Shown here piece after piece: positions 31,087 to 40,619 of a DNA stretch of 64,000 nt; the first letter of the stretch is position 1, and every line of letters starts with the position of its first letter. The position numbers and the translations under genes were made by a program. Origin of the DNA: a virus (lineage: Duplodnaviria > Caudoviricetes); IMG/VR virus record IMGVR_UViG_3300032312_002284, positions 1 to 64,000 of that record; one strand, 5' to 3'. A model generated the notes under the pieces. That model did not search any database and had not been told where the DNA came from. It was given only the letters and a program-made list of their open reading frames with translations.

Positions 31087-31977
31087 ATGAATATAATTTT
31101 ACAAATTAATGGTGGGTTAGGTAAATGTATTGTAGCCACCGCAATAACAGAAATAATTAAAAAAAAATATCCTAATTCTAAACTTATTGTTGTCTCAGGA
31201 TATCCTGATGTTTTCTTAAATAATCCTTATGTTGACCGAGCGTTTAATTTTGGTGAACATTCTTATTTTTATTCTGATTATATTGAAGATAAAGAATTTA
31301 AACTTTTGGCTCATGACCCATATCTTGAGACTAACCATATTAATAAAACAGAACATTTAATTGAAACTTGGTGTAAATTATTTGATTTGGAATATAATGG
31401 GGAACTACCAAACATATATCTAACTGAAAGAGAGATTAATTTCTTTTCAAGAAAATATACAACTGATAAACCAATCATGGTTATTCAAACTAATGGAGGG
31501 GTTGAACAAAATTTAAAATATTCATGGGCTCGAGATATTCCGTCACATATCGTTGAAAATGTGATTGAAAAATTTAAATATGGTTATACTATTTTTCATT
31601 TAAAAAGAGAAGACCAAATGTCATTTTCTAATACAATCCCTGTAACTGATACTTTTAGGTCAATTGCCACTTTGATTGCTATAAGTGATAAAAGATTTTT
31701 CATGGATAGTTTTGGACAACATGTTGCAGGGGCTTTAAAGTTAGAATCAACAGTTTTGTGGGTTGTAAATTCACCAAAAGTTTTTGGATATGAGACAAAT
31801 AAGAACATAACTTCTAAACCTTTCACAAAGAAAGCAGAATTAAAAATGTCGTATATTAATAAATTTAATATACAAGGGGAACCTTTGGAATTCCCATACA
31901 ATAGTGAATTTGAAATGTTCGATATTGATGACGTAATAAATTCTTTGAGTAATAATGAATATACCAATACCAAATAA
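31087..31977 (+). CDS. Glycosyltransferase, GT9 / heptosyltransferase-like (GT-B fold)
   Basis: NGGLGKCIVATAITEIIKKKYPNSKLIVV...VFLNNPYVD and LIAISDKRFFMDSFGQHVAGAL match the GT9 GLGD..., P.A.I and DSG..H.A.A motifs; start moved to the ATG at 31087. Confidence 0.75.
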   Translation: MNIILQINGGLGKCIVATAITEIIKKKYPNSKLIVVSGYPDVFLNNPYVDRAFNFGEHSYFYSDYIEDKEFKLLAHDPYLETNHINKTEHLIETWCKLFDLEYNGELPNIYLTEREINFFSRKYTTDKPIMVIQTNGGVEQNLKYSWARDIPSHIVENVIEKFKYGYTIFHLKREDQMSFSNTIPVTDTFRSIATLIAISDKRFFMDSFGQHVAGALKLESTVLWVVNSPKVFGYETNKNITSKPFTKKAELKMSYINKFNIQGEPLEFPYNSEFEMFDIDDVINSLSNNEYTNTK

Positions 31978-32341
31978 AATAGAAGTTAAATCATCCCCAA
32001 TCCATGGGTTTGGTGTCTTTGCAACCGAAAAGATTTTAAAAAACGAGATAATTGAAACTTGTTATTCAATTTTCTTCAAAACCAATTTGGGTTATAATGA
32101 TGATATATTATTAAAATATCGTTTCTCATATCCTTGTGGTTCGGCTCCAATAAAGTATGCAATACCCTTAGGATACGGATGTATCTATAATCATAGTGAT
32201 GATAATAATGCGACATGGACGTGTGATTCAGACAATGGTATGTATTATTTCATTGCTGTAAGAGACATTGAACCAGGTGAAGAAATTTGTACATCATATG
32301 GAAAAAAAGAATATTGGGAATCAGTAAAAAAAATATATTAA
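31955..32341 (+). CDS. SET-domain methyltransferase
   Basis: SPIHGFGVFATEKI...IYNHSDDNNA...AVRDIEPGEEICTSYG (GxG, NHS and GEExxxxY motifs). Confidence 0.9.
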   Translation: MNIPIPNKIEVKSSPIHGFGVFATEKILKNEIIETCYSIFFKTNLGYNDDILLKYRFSYPCGSAPIKYAIPLGYGCIYNHSDDNNATWTCDSDNGMYYFIAVRDIEPGEEICTSYGKKEYWESVKKIY

Positions 32342-32343
32342 AA

Positions 32344-33168
32344 ATGGAAAAATTATTTTTTCAGAGTTCACTACCACGAGCAGGTAGTACTCTACTACAA
32401 AACATTTTAGCTCAAAATCCTAACATATACGCAACACCGACAAGTGGTGTTTTAGAATTAGTGTACGCAGCTAGAGCAAACTATAGTAATTCACCTGAAT
32501 TTAAAGCTCAGGACCCTGAACTTATGAAAAATGGATTTTTATCTTTTTGTAGAGAAGGATTGAAAGGTTTTTATGAAGGTGTAACTGATAAAAAGTATGT
32601 GATTGATAAAAGTAGAGGATGGGGAGTCCATTATGGATTTTTACAACAAATTGTTGATAAACCAAAAGTTGTTTGTATGGTGAGAGACCTTAGAGATATC
32701 TATACCTCTATGGAAAAAAACTTTAGAAAAAATCAACACAAAGATTTTGGGATTGTAAATCATTCTGATTTAACAGGTACATCAACACCTAAAAGAATAG
32801 ATATTTGGGCAAATTCCCAACCAGTTGGAATGGCAATTGAAAGACTTCAAGAAATTTTTAGACAGGGTATTAATGAAAATATTATGTTTGTTAAGTATGA
32901 AGATTTATGTTTGTATCCCGATTTAATCATGAGAAAAATTTATGAATATTTTGAAATACCTTATTTTGAACATGATTTTGAAAACATTGAACAAATAACA
33001 AAAGAAGATGATGAAGTGTATGGTATTTTTGGAGACCATAAGATAAAAAAGACTTTGGAGTTGTTACCGTCAGATTCACAAAAAATTTTAGGGCCGGATG
33101 TGTGTGATTGGATTTATAATAATTATGGGTGGTATAATGAAATTTTTAAGTACCCTAAAAATATATGA
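32344..33168 (+). CDS. PAPS-dependent sulfotransferase
   Basis: 5'-PSB loop LPRAGSTLL, DKSR, 3'-PB MVRDLRDIYTS, VKYEDL; start moved to the ATG at 32344. Confidence 0.88.
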   Translation: MEKLFFQSSLPRAGSTLLQNILAQNPNIYATPTSGVLELVYAARANYSNSPEFKAQDPELMKNGFLSFCREGLKGFYEGVTDKKYVIDKSRGWGVHYGFLQQIVDKPKVVCMVRDLRDIYTSMEKNFRKNQHKDFGIVNHSDLTGTSTPKRIDIWANSQPVGMAIERLQEIFRQGINENIMFVKYEDLCLYPDLIMRKIYEYFEIPYFEHDFENIEQITKEDDEVYGIFGDHKIKKTLELLPSDSQKILGPDVCDWIYNNYGWYNEIFKYPKNI

Positions 33169-33214
33169 TTAATTTATATATTAACAAAGTAATAGGAACG
33201 GTATTTATATTTGA

Positions 33215-35584
33215 ATGAGTTGCTATATAACAATATCAAATATAACTGGAGGACCTCCATATGAAATTACAGTTTGTGACAATTATGGGAATAATTGTTT
33301 TTTAGCAGCGTACGAAACATCATATGTTCCCCCAACAATTTATGTTAATATCCCATCAGATTGGTCATTACTACCATTTGTTCAAGTGAGTGTCCAAAGT
33401 TCAGAAGGATGTGAACAATTACAATTTGTTCAAACAACCCCAACACCTACACCATCCCCTACATCAACACCTGTTGTACCAACACCAACACCAAGTATTA
33501 CTGCAACTATAACTCCAAGTATTACACCTTCAAAATCTATTCCGATACCACCTTATTTTCAGGTTCAAAATATTAATGGTGCAAACCCTCAGTCAATAAC
33601 TTTAAATGCTAAATTAAATAGTAAATTTATCGTAGATTTTGGAGATGGTTCGTCTCCAATAAATTATTCAATTACTAATCCTTCTTACACTGGCTCTACA
33701 AATTTAGTTGTTTTAAGTAAAAGTTATTTACCTTCAGATTATATTACAACAATATATGATTTAAGATATGGTTCACCTACTTTTCCAAATTCCGCTGACG
33801 GTTTAAGGGATATATATGTGGATAAAATATCTGAAATTTTTGTGAATGATTATACCTTTACCGCGTTTACTAGTTTAGACGGAATATATATTACTAATTC
33901 TACTGTCGATACTTTTAAATTTGCATTGACAAATGCCTTTGATGTTTTTACTTATCAATACAACTCGGCAACTACTTTTAATTTTGAAATATTAAATCCG
34001 ACATCTATTACTCAGTTACAGAATGTTTTTTATCGTTATAATAATTTTACTTCGGCGACTATTAATTATTCGGGATATACTACAGCTTCACGACCTGCCA
34101 GAATAGATATTGTCGGGAATTTAAGTTTAACAAATCTTAACTTTGCTCCTCCCCAAACGGGTGGTGTTTTTTTTATATCTGAAAATGCTCAATTAAATGA
34201 TATAAATTTTATAACACCATTAAGTTCGAGCACTACAGTTTCAAGAATTGACTTACACGCGAATCGTTTTACAGGGTGGACAACAAATTTCCCAACACAA
34301 GTTTCCAGAATTGATATGGAACAACAACAGGGTGGACTTAGTTTAGGGGTTAATTCATTTAAATATTTCTCACCTAATTTGTCAAATAATACTGGTTTAA
34401 CACAATTGAATTTATATACCAATAGTTTAACTAGTATTACTGAAACTATATCAGGTTGCACATCATTAACCGATTTAAGAGTTGATAGAAACCAATTAAA
34501 GACCCTACCACCTATACTTCCAAATTCTATCACTGACCTAACCGCTAATAGTAATTATTTTACAGGGTATACTTCTAATTTCCCAACGTCCATGAATTAC
34601 TTTAATATTAATAAAGGGACTGGGAACCCTTCATTACCTACTTGGAATGTTGAAATTACGGGAGCAACAAATTTACAAACATTTTTGGCTAACTCTGTTG
34701 GACTAACTGCGTGGACTAAAAATTTCCCAACCTCAATTGTGACTATAGATTTTAGTGAAAATAGTCTCACCTCATTCCTTAATTCAATTTCAGGAAACAC
34801 AAGTTTAGTTACACTATCTCTTAATAATAATAATTTAATTTCAATCCCCCCAATTTTTCCTAACTCCATTCAAACATTAAGATTACAAAATAATGATTTA
34901 ACGGGTTATACTAGTAATGTTCCAACATCTTTAGTGACCTTCTCAATTGAAAATCAATTTGTGATTGGTAACTATATACCTGAATGGACTCAAGAATTGA
35001 CAGGTTCCACAAATTTGAATTCTTTTGATATAAGTAGAGTTGGACTAACTGGATGGACTAAGACTTTCCCATCTTCAATACGAACAATCGATTTTAATGG
35101 TAATAATCTTACTAATATTAATTTTGGATTAATGACAGGGGCGACTAATATTGATTTAGGTGGTAATTTGACTTTAAGTGCTGCGACTAATTTAAGTGCG
35201 GTTACAAATTTAGTAACTCTGTCCTTGGACTCAACTGACTTTAAAAATTCGTCAGATATTATACAAGGAAATTTTCCTAAAACTCTGAAAAATTTTGATA
35301 TCAGTATTTCTACTAATTTATCAGGATGGACTAATTCTTTTTCGGCTCTTACAGGTTTTACTTATGGGTATTTTTTTAGGACAAATTTAAAAACTGCTGC
35401 GGTAGATTTCTTGTTAGAAGATTTTTATAAATTAGCAACCGCTAATACATTAACAAATAAAACTTTATTATTTACTGGAACGTCAATCCCACAACCTGAA
35501 TCCCCGACAGGAGGTTTATCTAACCCATATTATTTGGCTCTAAAAAGTTCCCCATACAATTGGACAGTAACTGTTAAACCATAA
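33215..35584 (+). CDS. Modular virion protein: N-terminal module, PT linker, PKD-like domain, leucine-rich repeats
   Basis: ITGGPPYEITVCD module; VDFGDGS; LRRs such as LTDLRVDRNQLKTLPPILPNSITDL and LVTLSLNNNNLISIPPIFPNSIQTLRLQNNDL; TATTTAT at 33202-33208. Confidence 0.75.
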   Translation: MSCYITISNITGGPPYEITVCDNYGNNCFLAAYETSYVPPTIYVNIPSDWSLLPFVQVSVQSSEGCEQLQFVQTTPTPTPSPTSTPVVPTPTPSITATITPSITPSKSIPIPPYFQVQNINGANPQSITLNAKLNSKFIVDFGDGSSPINYSITNPSYTGSTNLVVLSKSYLPSDYITTIYDLRYGSPTFPNSADGLRDIYVDKISEIFVNDYTFTAFTSLDGIYITNSTVDTFKFALTNAFDVFTYQYNSATTFNFEILNPTSITQLQNVFYRYNNFTSATINYSGYTTASRPARIDIVGNLSLTNLNFAPPQTGGVFFISENAQLNDINFITPLSSSTTVSRIDLHANRFTGWTTNFPTQVSRIDMEQQQGGLSLGVNSFKYFSPNLSNNTGLTQLNLYTNSLTSITETISGCTSLTDLRVDRNQLKTLPPILPNSITDLTANSNYFTGYTSNFPTSMNYFNINKGTGNPSLPTWNVEITGATNLQTFLANSVGLTAWTKNFPTSIVTIDFSENSLTSFLNSISGNTSLVTLSLNNNNLISIPPIFPNSIQTLRLQNNDLTGYTSNVPTSLVTFSIENQFVIGNYIPEWTQELTGSTNLNSFDISRVGLTGWTKTFPSSIRTIDFNGNNLTNINFGLMTGATNIDLGGNLTLSAATNLSAVTNLVTLSLDSTDFKNSSDIIQGNFPKTLKNFDISISTNLSGWTNSFSALTGFTYGYFFRTNLKTAAVDFLLEDFYKLATANTLTNKTLLFTGTSIPQPESPTGGLSNPYYLALKSSPYNWTVTVKP

Positions 35585-35631
35585 TGAATTTATTTTTCAT
35601 AAAACTTAATTACAATTATTTATAATATAAA

Positions 35632-37731
35632 ATGATGTTTGTACCACCATATAATTATTTAGTATCCAACTGTTGTGATGGTAATCAATATATCATCAAT
35701 ATGCCAAGTGGTGGACAACCCGGTGAAATGTGGTATATTGAATCGGTTGAGGGTGTTAATTTTTGTTTTATAATTGAAAATTTAATTGGACCATCCTCTT
35801 CAGGATATGATTATGGAGCAAATACTGCGAGTATAGTTTTAAATGCACCGGCAGTATGTGGTTCCGCACCGGGTTTTTGTTGTGCGGCTTCAACACCTAC
35901 ACCTACACCAACCAAGACTAAAACACCAACCCCTACACCTACTAAGACTAAAACACCAACTCCAACTAAAACTAAAACACCAACCCCGACTAAAACACCA
36001 ACTCCAACAAAAAGCCCAGCGTTATCCCCAATGGCGACGTTGACTCCTACTCCTACCCGAACTCCTACTTTAACTACTACTCCTACAGTTACTCCTTCAT
36101 TGTCGGTATCAAGGACTCCGTATCCTGAAGTGACATATAGCTCAAGACCATCAGGTAGAAATGAGTGTGATGTAATTACAATTTACCCAATGGAGGTACA
36201 ATGTCAGGTAGTTCAAGAACCTTCAGGTATCGGGTATAGTGATGGAATTGTTTCGTTATTGATTACTGGAGGAACTGCCCCATATACCATACAATGGTCT
36301 AATGGGCAAACATCTCAAACATTAAATGGTATATCTTTTGGTTCATATATTGCAACTGTTACTGATTATTATAACGATTTTACAACAACAATTACTTGTG
36401 GATTTAATATACCAACACAAACCCCAACTTCATCTATTACTCCAACACCAAGTATTACAAGTACGGTTACTGTAACCCCTACGAAAACGCCAACACCTGG
36501 TCTATCTCCAACAATGACTCCAACCAATACCCCGACACCTTCAGTTAGTCCAAGTTTTGGAGCTCCATTGACCCCAACACCTTCAATAACTCCATCGATA
36601 AGTTCGGGATTTGTTTCTGATTTGTGTATGTCATTTACGTATTGTAAACAATCTTATACTATAACTTTTGTTCCAAATGGAACTTATAATTCGTATAATA
36701 CTTGGATATCTCAAAATGGACAATATACAATAATATATAATGGAACTAATTGGTCGTTAACAGGATTACCTGTTTGTGGTAACTTAACACCATTAATCAT
36801 TTCTAACGCTTCTCCATCATCTATCCCAACAACAGGATGGTCATTCTTGGGTGGAGGAAATAGTACTGGCGGAACTATAAGAGTTACTTTAGGTGATTGT
36901 GTTACTTCTCCATTATCTTTAAGTGTTAGTAAAACTGATTCTTGTACAAATAATGGTACAATATTAGCGACGGCTACAGGTGGATTGTCTCCGTATACGT
37001 ATTCAATTAATAATATAACTTATCAAAATTCGCCATTATTTAATAATTTAGTTTCAGGAAATTACACATTATATGTTCAGGATAGTCTTGGTAACGTTGT
37101 GAATGTTGGAGTTACAATTTCACAATTATCTTCTCAGAATTATGTTGTGAATTTATATGCGGATGGATTACCATTCGGTAATTATTTGTCAACTAATTGG
37201 TCAGCTCAACCTGGGTCTTTATTTACTACACCAATTACAAATGGTAGAAATGGTATAATAACAATAAACCCGGCATTACCTAATGGTGTGTATATTGAGC
37301 TTGATATCGAGTATTCCGAAGCAATAACTCAAAGTCCGATATACCCAATTGAAACACACGTTACATGGGATACGACTGAAACAGTAGTTAATGGATTATT
37401 AACATTAGTACCAACTAATGGACCTACAACAAATAACATTGTAAATAACGGTTCGTGTGGGGGAGCATTTAGTGCGGTATCTACAGTGACAAATGTAAAG
37501 AATTACTCTTCAGTACAAATTTATAATACTACAAATATTGATTTATCATTATCTATCACTAGTCAATTTATAAGTCAAAATGTTGGTTCGTTGATTTGTA
37601 AAGAAAAATTCTCATACCTATTAAAATACACCATTAGAAATGTTAAAATCTACGGAGCTAGTTGTGCTACAGTAACAATTGGTAATAATAACTTTGGTGC
37701 AACTGCCAATTACGGAGTTCAGTTTTTCTAA
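35632..37731 (+). CDS. Modular virion protein: CC module, PT linkers, SprB repeats
   Basis: YLVSNCCDG; PTKTKT/PTPT tracts; SDGIVSLLITGGTAPYTIQWSNG; NNGTILATATGGLSPYTYSIN; TATTTAT at 35617-35623. Confidence 0.7.
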   Translation: MMFVPPYNYLVSNCCDGNQYIINMPSGGQPGEMWYIESVEGVNFCFIIENLIGPSSSGYDYGANTASIVLNAPAVCGSAPGFCCAASTPTPTPTKTKTPTPTPTKTKTPTPTKTKTPTPTKTPTPTKSPALSPMATLTPTPTRTPTLTTTPTVTPSLSVSRTPYPEVTYSSRPSGRNECDVITIYPMEVQCQVVQEPSGIGYSDGIVSLLITGGTAPYTIQWSNGQTSQTLNGISFGSYIATVTDYYNDFTTTITCGFNIPTQTPTSSITPTPSITSTVTVTPTKTPTPGLSPTMTPTNTPTPSVSPSFGAPLTPTPSITPSISSGFVSDLCMSFTYCKQSYTITFVPNGTYNSYNTWISQNGQYTIIYNGTNWSLTGLPVCGNLTPLIISNASPSSIPTTGWSFLGGGNSTGGTIRVTLGDCVTSPLSLSVSKTDSCTNNGTILATATGGLSPYTYSINNITYQNSPLFNNLVSGNYTLYVQDSLGNVVNVGVTISQLSSQNYVVNLYADGLPFGNYLSTNWSAQPGSLFTTPITNGRNGIITINPALPNGVYIELDIEYSEAITQSPIYPIETHVTWDTTETVVNGLLTLVPTNGPTTNNIVNNGSCGGAFSAVSTVTNVKNYSSVQIYNTTNIDLSLSITSQFISQNVGSLICKEKFSYLLKYTIRNVKIYGASCATVTIGNNNFGATANYGVQFF

Positions 37732-37762
37732 CATAAAATTTAGATTTGAATAATTATTATAT

Positions 37763-39946
37763 ATGGGTTATATATTACAAAACACATCAGGACTAATCTC
37801 AACTAGAATTACAGATGTTGGTAGAAGAAAGATTTCACAAGGAAATTTAAACATCCAATATTTCCAAATAGGTGATAGTGAAGTTTCTTACACTGGAGTT
37901 ACTAACTCAGTATCAACAACTTCTAAAGTTTTGATGCCACCATATAACGCTCAAAATAATACTGGATACCCACAATCTACAAAAAATTATATTAAGTATC
38001 CGTACTATATGCAAGGTACTTCGGGTAATACCTACGGTATACCTTACATGGAATCTGAATATGTTTCAATCTATAACTCCGCAGAACCAAGAGGATTTTT
38101 TTCTGGAGATTCAAGTTGTTGGTATGTACAACCTTGTTCGGCGTATACTATTAACAGTACATTTGAAACTAATACTACATTACTTGACGGGGGAATATTA
38201 ATATCTGGAGTTACAAATCCTTTAGCGTGTGATTCCACTGCAAACGGAACTATTGAAGTTGGTGATTTTGTTACAATTTTCTATAACCAATCAGACCTTT
38301 GTTCATGTTATCAATCTTGTTACCCAACTCTTACTTATAGAGTGACTTACTACGATTCAGGTACTAATTTAATAGGTTTGGACAGACCATGTATTAATTT
38401 TACGACTTTATCAACCACTGCGAATTCAAGAATAATGGTGTATCCTTCAGGGATGACTGAACTTTATGATACAATTACACCTGCAGGACATTGGAACGAC
38501 GATGTTGTGAATTATGAATCTTTATGTTATACAGACCAAATTTCTTCACTTGTTTGGAACATGAATATAATATGGAGTCAGAGTATTGCAGGTCTTAATA
38601 ACGCGGTTTATCAAGATTACAATTATTATACTTCAAAAGACTACATAGGTACAAAAGAATATTTAGGTTACATGAGTTCTTTAGGACAATCGGCAAGTAC
38701 TGAAGTGTTCTATTTTAATTCATATGATGAACCGATTACGGTAACTCCTGAAGAACAAAAATCAATTGCTGTAATACATTTTACAAATCAAGCGATAAAT
38801 AATTTTTATGGTGAAAAATTTGCAGTTGAAGAGTATGACCCAAATAACCCTGGAGAATCAGGACAAGCTAGAAATTTTAAATTCCATGTCCCAACTTTAA
38901 TGTGGCATAAAAGTGATAATTGTTGTTTAGGTGAAACTTTTTATATTGACCCACCTGTAAATGGGGGAGGATTTATGGAACAGGGATTACTTTACTCAAG
39001 TAAAAATTCAGATATGAATAATCCTGGTATTAGATACTACACTCTTTGGGACAATTATTTAAATACTGGAGGTACACCAAGTAGAATTGGTAAAGTATTT
39101 CCTGATGACCAATTAGTTGTTATTGATGACGCTGAAATAATTTCGGCATTATCCTATAAATCAAATAGGAATTGGACTTTACCCGCTCCAAAAGTAACAT
39201 TAGTTGCTCCTAACATATGTAATGGAGATATTACAAGTACAGGTGTTCTAAGTGGGGACGGGGAAACCTTATGGGTTTCATATGGTTTTTATAATAACGG
39301 GACGTTTACAAATTCTTTACATTGTCAATACTATCAAAAAATACAAGGACCAGCTAGTGGATGTACTAACTACGCTATGGATGTTTCATTAATATTTAAC
39401 AATGAATTTGGATGTATGAATGTTGATGGGGTTACAGGATTCGTTGCGGAAGAGTTTTACGTTATTGCTCAGAAAGTTACAACAGGACAACACCCAAATC
39501 CAAATCTTTGGAGAGAAATTGATTTTACTAACCAACTAAGTGGATATACAATCGGTGGATATATTAATCCACAAGGGTTATATCAAAGTACGTTTACAAT
39601 AACGTCTGATTTATATGATAATGCATCAATTCATAATATGGGTACTGTTTTATATATACCAACATTAGGTAGTAGTGGAGGTTTAAATTTTGGTGATGAA
39701 TATTATTTTTACGGTAATATTGAAACTGATATACAAGCGACCATCTATGAAATGAAGTATAGGATTAATTTACCTTCAGGAATGTTTGTAAATAGTAGTA
39801 ATCCATCTTGGAATAATTCATTAACTCCACATTTTAATGAAATCGGTCTTTACGATTCTGATAATGACCTTATTTTTATATCAAAAATGCAAAGACCTAC
39901 TCAAAGAAGTGGTATACAGCAGATAATGATTAAATACGATTTTTAA
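37763..39946 (+). CDS. Baseplate/tail-collar fibre-attachment-like structural protein
   Basis: N-terminal RITDVGRRKISQG...FQIGDSE and C-terminal NEIGLYDSDNDLIFISK resemble the two ends of the P2 gpH/DUF3751-type collar domain, here separated by about 600 aa. Confidence 0.5.
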   Translation: MGYILQNTSGLISTRITDVGRRKISQGNLNIQYFQIGDSEVSYTGVTNSVSTTSKVLMPPYNAQNNTGYPQSTKNYIKYPYYMQGTSGNTYGIPYMESEYVSIYNSAEPRGFFSGDSSCWYVQPCSAYTINSTFETNTTLLDGGILISGVTNPLACDSTANGTIEVGDFVTIFYNQSDLCSCYQSCYPTLTYRVTYYDSGTNLIGLDRPCINFTTLSTTANSRIMVYPSGMTELYDTITPAGHWNDDVVNYESLCYTDQISSLVWNMNIIWSQSIAGLNNAVYQDYNYYTSKDYIGTKEYLGYMSSLGQSASTEVFYFNSYDEPITVTPEEQKSIAVIHFTNQAINNFYGEKFAVEEYDPNNPGESGQARNFKFHVPTLMWHKSDNCCLGETFYIDPPVNGGGFMEQGLLYSSKNSDMNNPGIRYYTLWDNYLNTGGTPSRIGKVFPDDQLVVIDDAEIISALSYKSNRNWTLPAPKVTLVAPNICNGDITSTGVLSGDGETLWVSYGFYNNGTFTNSLHCQYYQKIQGPASGCTNYAMDVSLIFNNEFGCMNVDGVTGFVAEEFYVIAQKVTTGQHPNPNLWREIDFTNQLSGYTIGGYINPQGLYQSTFTITSDLYDNASIHNMGTVLYIPTLGSSGGLNFGDEYYFYGNIETDIQATIYEMKYRINLPSGMFVNSSNPSWNNSLTPHFNEIGLYDSDNDLIFISKMQRPTQRSGIQQIMIKYDF

Positions 39947-40539
39947 TGTCAAAAAAAGAACTTAAAAACAATCCTAAAATATTAGGGTTAGATGTGTCTA
40001 CTAAAACAATAGGTTGGGCACTCTTTGATTTACAAACTAAAGAGTTATTAGAATTGACTCATATCTCTCCACAACCTAAACCTAAATCAGAAGACAAAAT
40101 AGAAGAACTTCTTAAAAAATCTGACTTGTTTAAATTGAAATTAGACCAATATAAAAATTTAGGAATTGTTAAAGTTGTAATTGAAGAACCATTACTTAAT
40201 TCAAATAATGTGTACACAATAGGAACTCTATTAAGATATAACACTTTAATAACTAAAGAAGTTTACGATGTGTTAGGAATTGTACCTGAATACATATCCA
40301 CATATAACTCTAGAAAAAACGCATTTCCTGAATTGGTTAAAGAAAATGATAAAGGTAAATTTGTTTTGTTCGGAGGTTACCCTAAAGACATAGATAAAAA
40401 ACAAGTCATATGGGAATTGGTTGCAAAACGTGAACCCCAAATAACTTGGTTATATACAAGAAACAATACATTAAAGAAAGAAAACTTTGATATGACAGAT
40501 GCTTATACTGTGGTATTAAGTTATTTTAATTCTAAATAA
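39946..40539 (+). CDS. ruvC: RuvC-like Holliday junction resolvase
   Basis: ILGLDVSTKTIGWA, VVIEEP and DMTDAY carry the RNase H-fold catalytic residues. Confidence 0.85.
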   Translation: MSKKELKNNPKILGLDVSTKTIGWALFDLQTKELLELTHISPQPKPKSEDKIEELLKKSDLFKLKLDQYKNLGIVKVVIEEPLLNSNNVYTIGTLLRYNTLITKEVYDVLGIVPEYISTYNSRKNAFPELVKENDKGKFVLFGGYPKDIDKKQVIWELVAKREPQITWLYTRNNTLKKENFDMTDAYTVVLSYFNSK

Positions 40540-40558
40540 AAAAAAACTAATAAAATTT

Positions 40559-40584
40559 AAGGGTCCTAATTGGACCCTTTTTTT
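40559..40584 (+). terminator. Intrinsic terminator between convergent genes
   Basis: AAGGGTCC-taatt-GGACCCTT then a T-tract; A-rich upstream flank could make it bidirectional. Confidence 0.8.
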
Positions 40585-40619
40585 ATTTAATGTGTTGTGT
40601 AAACTACGATTTATTATGT

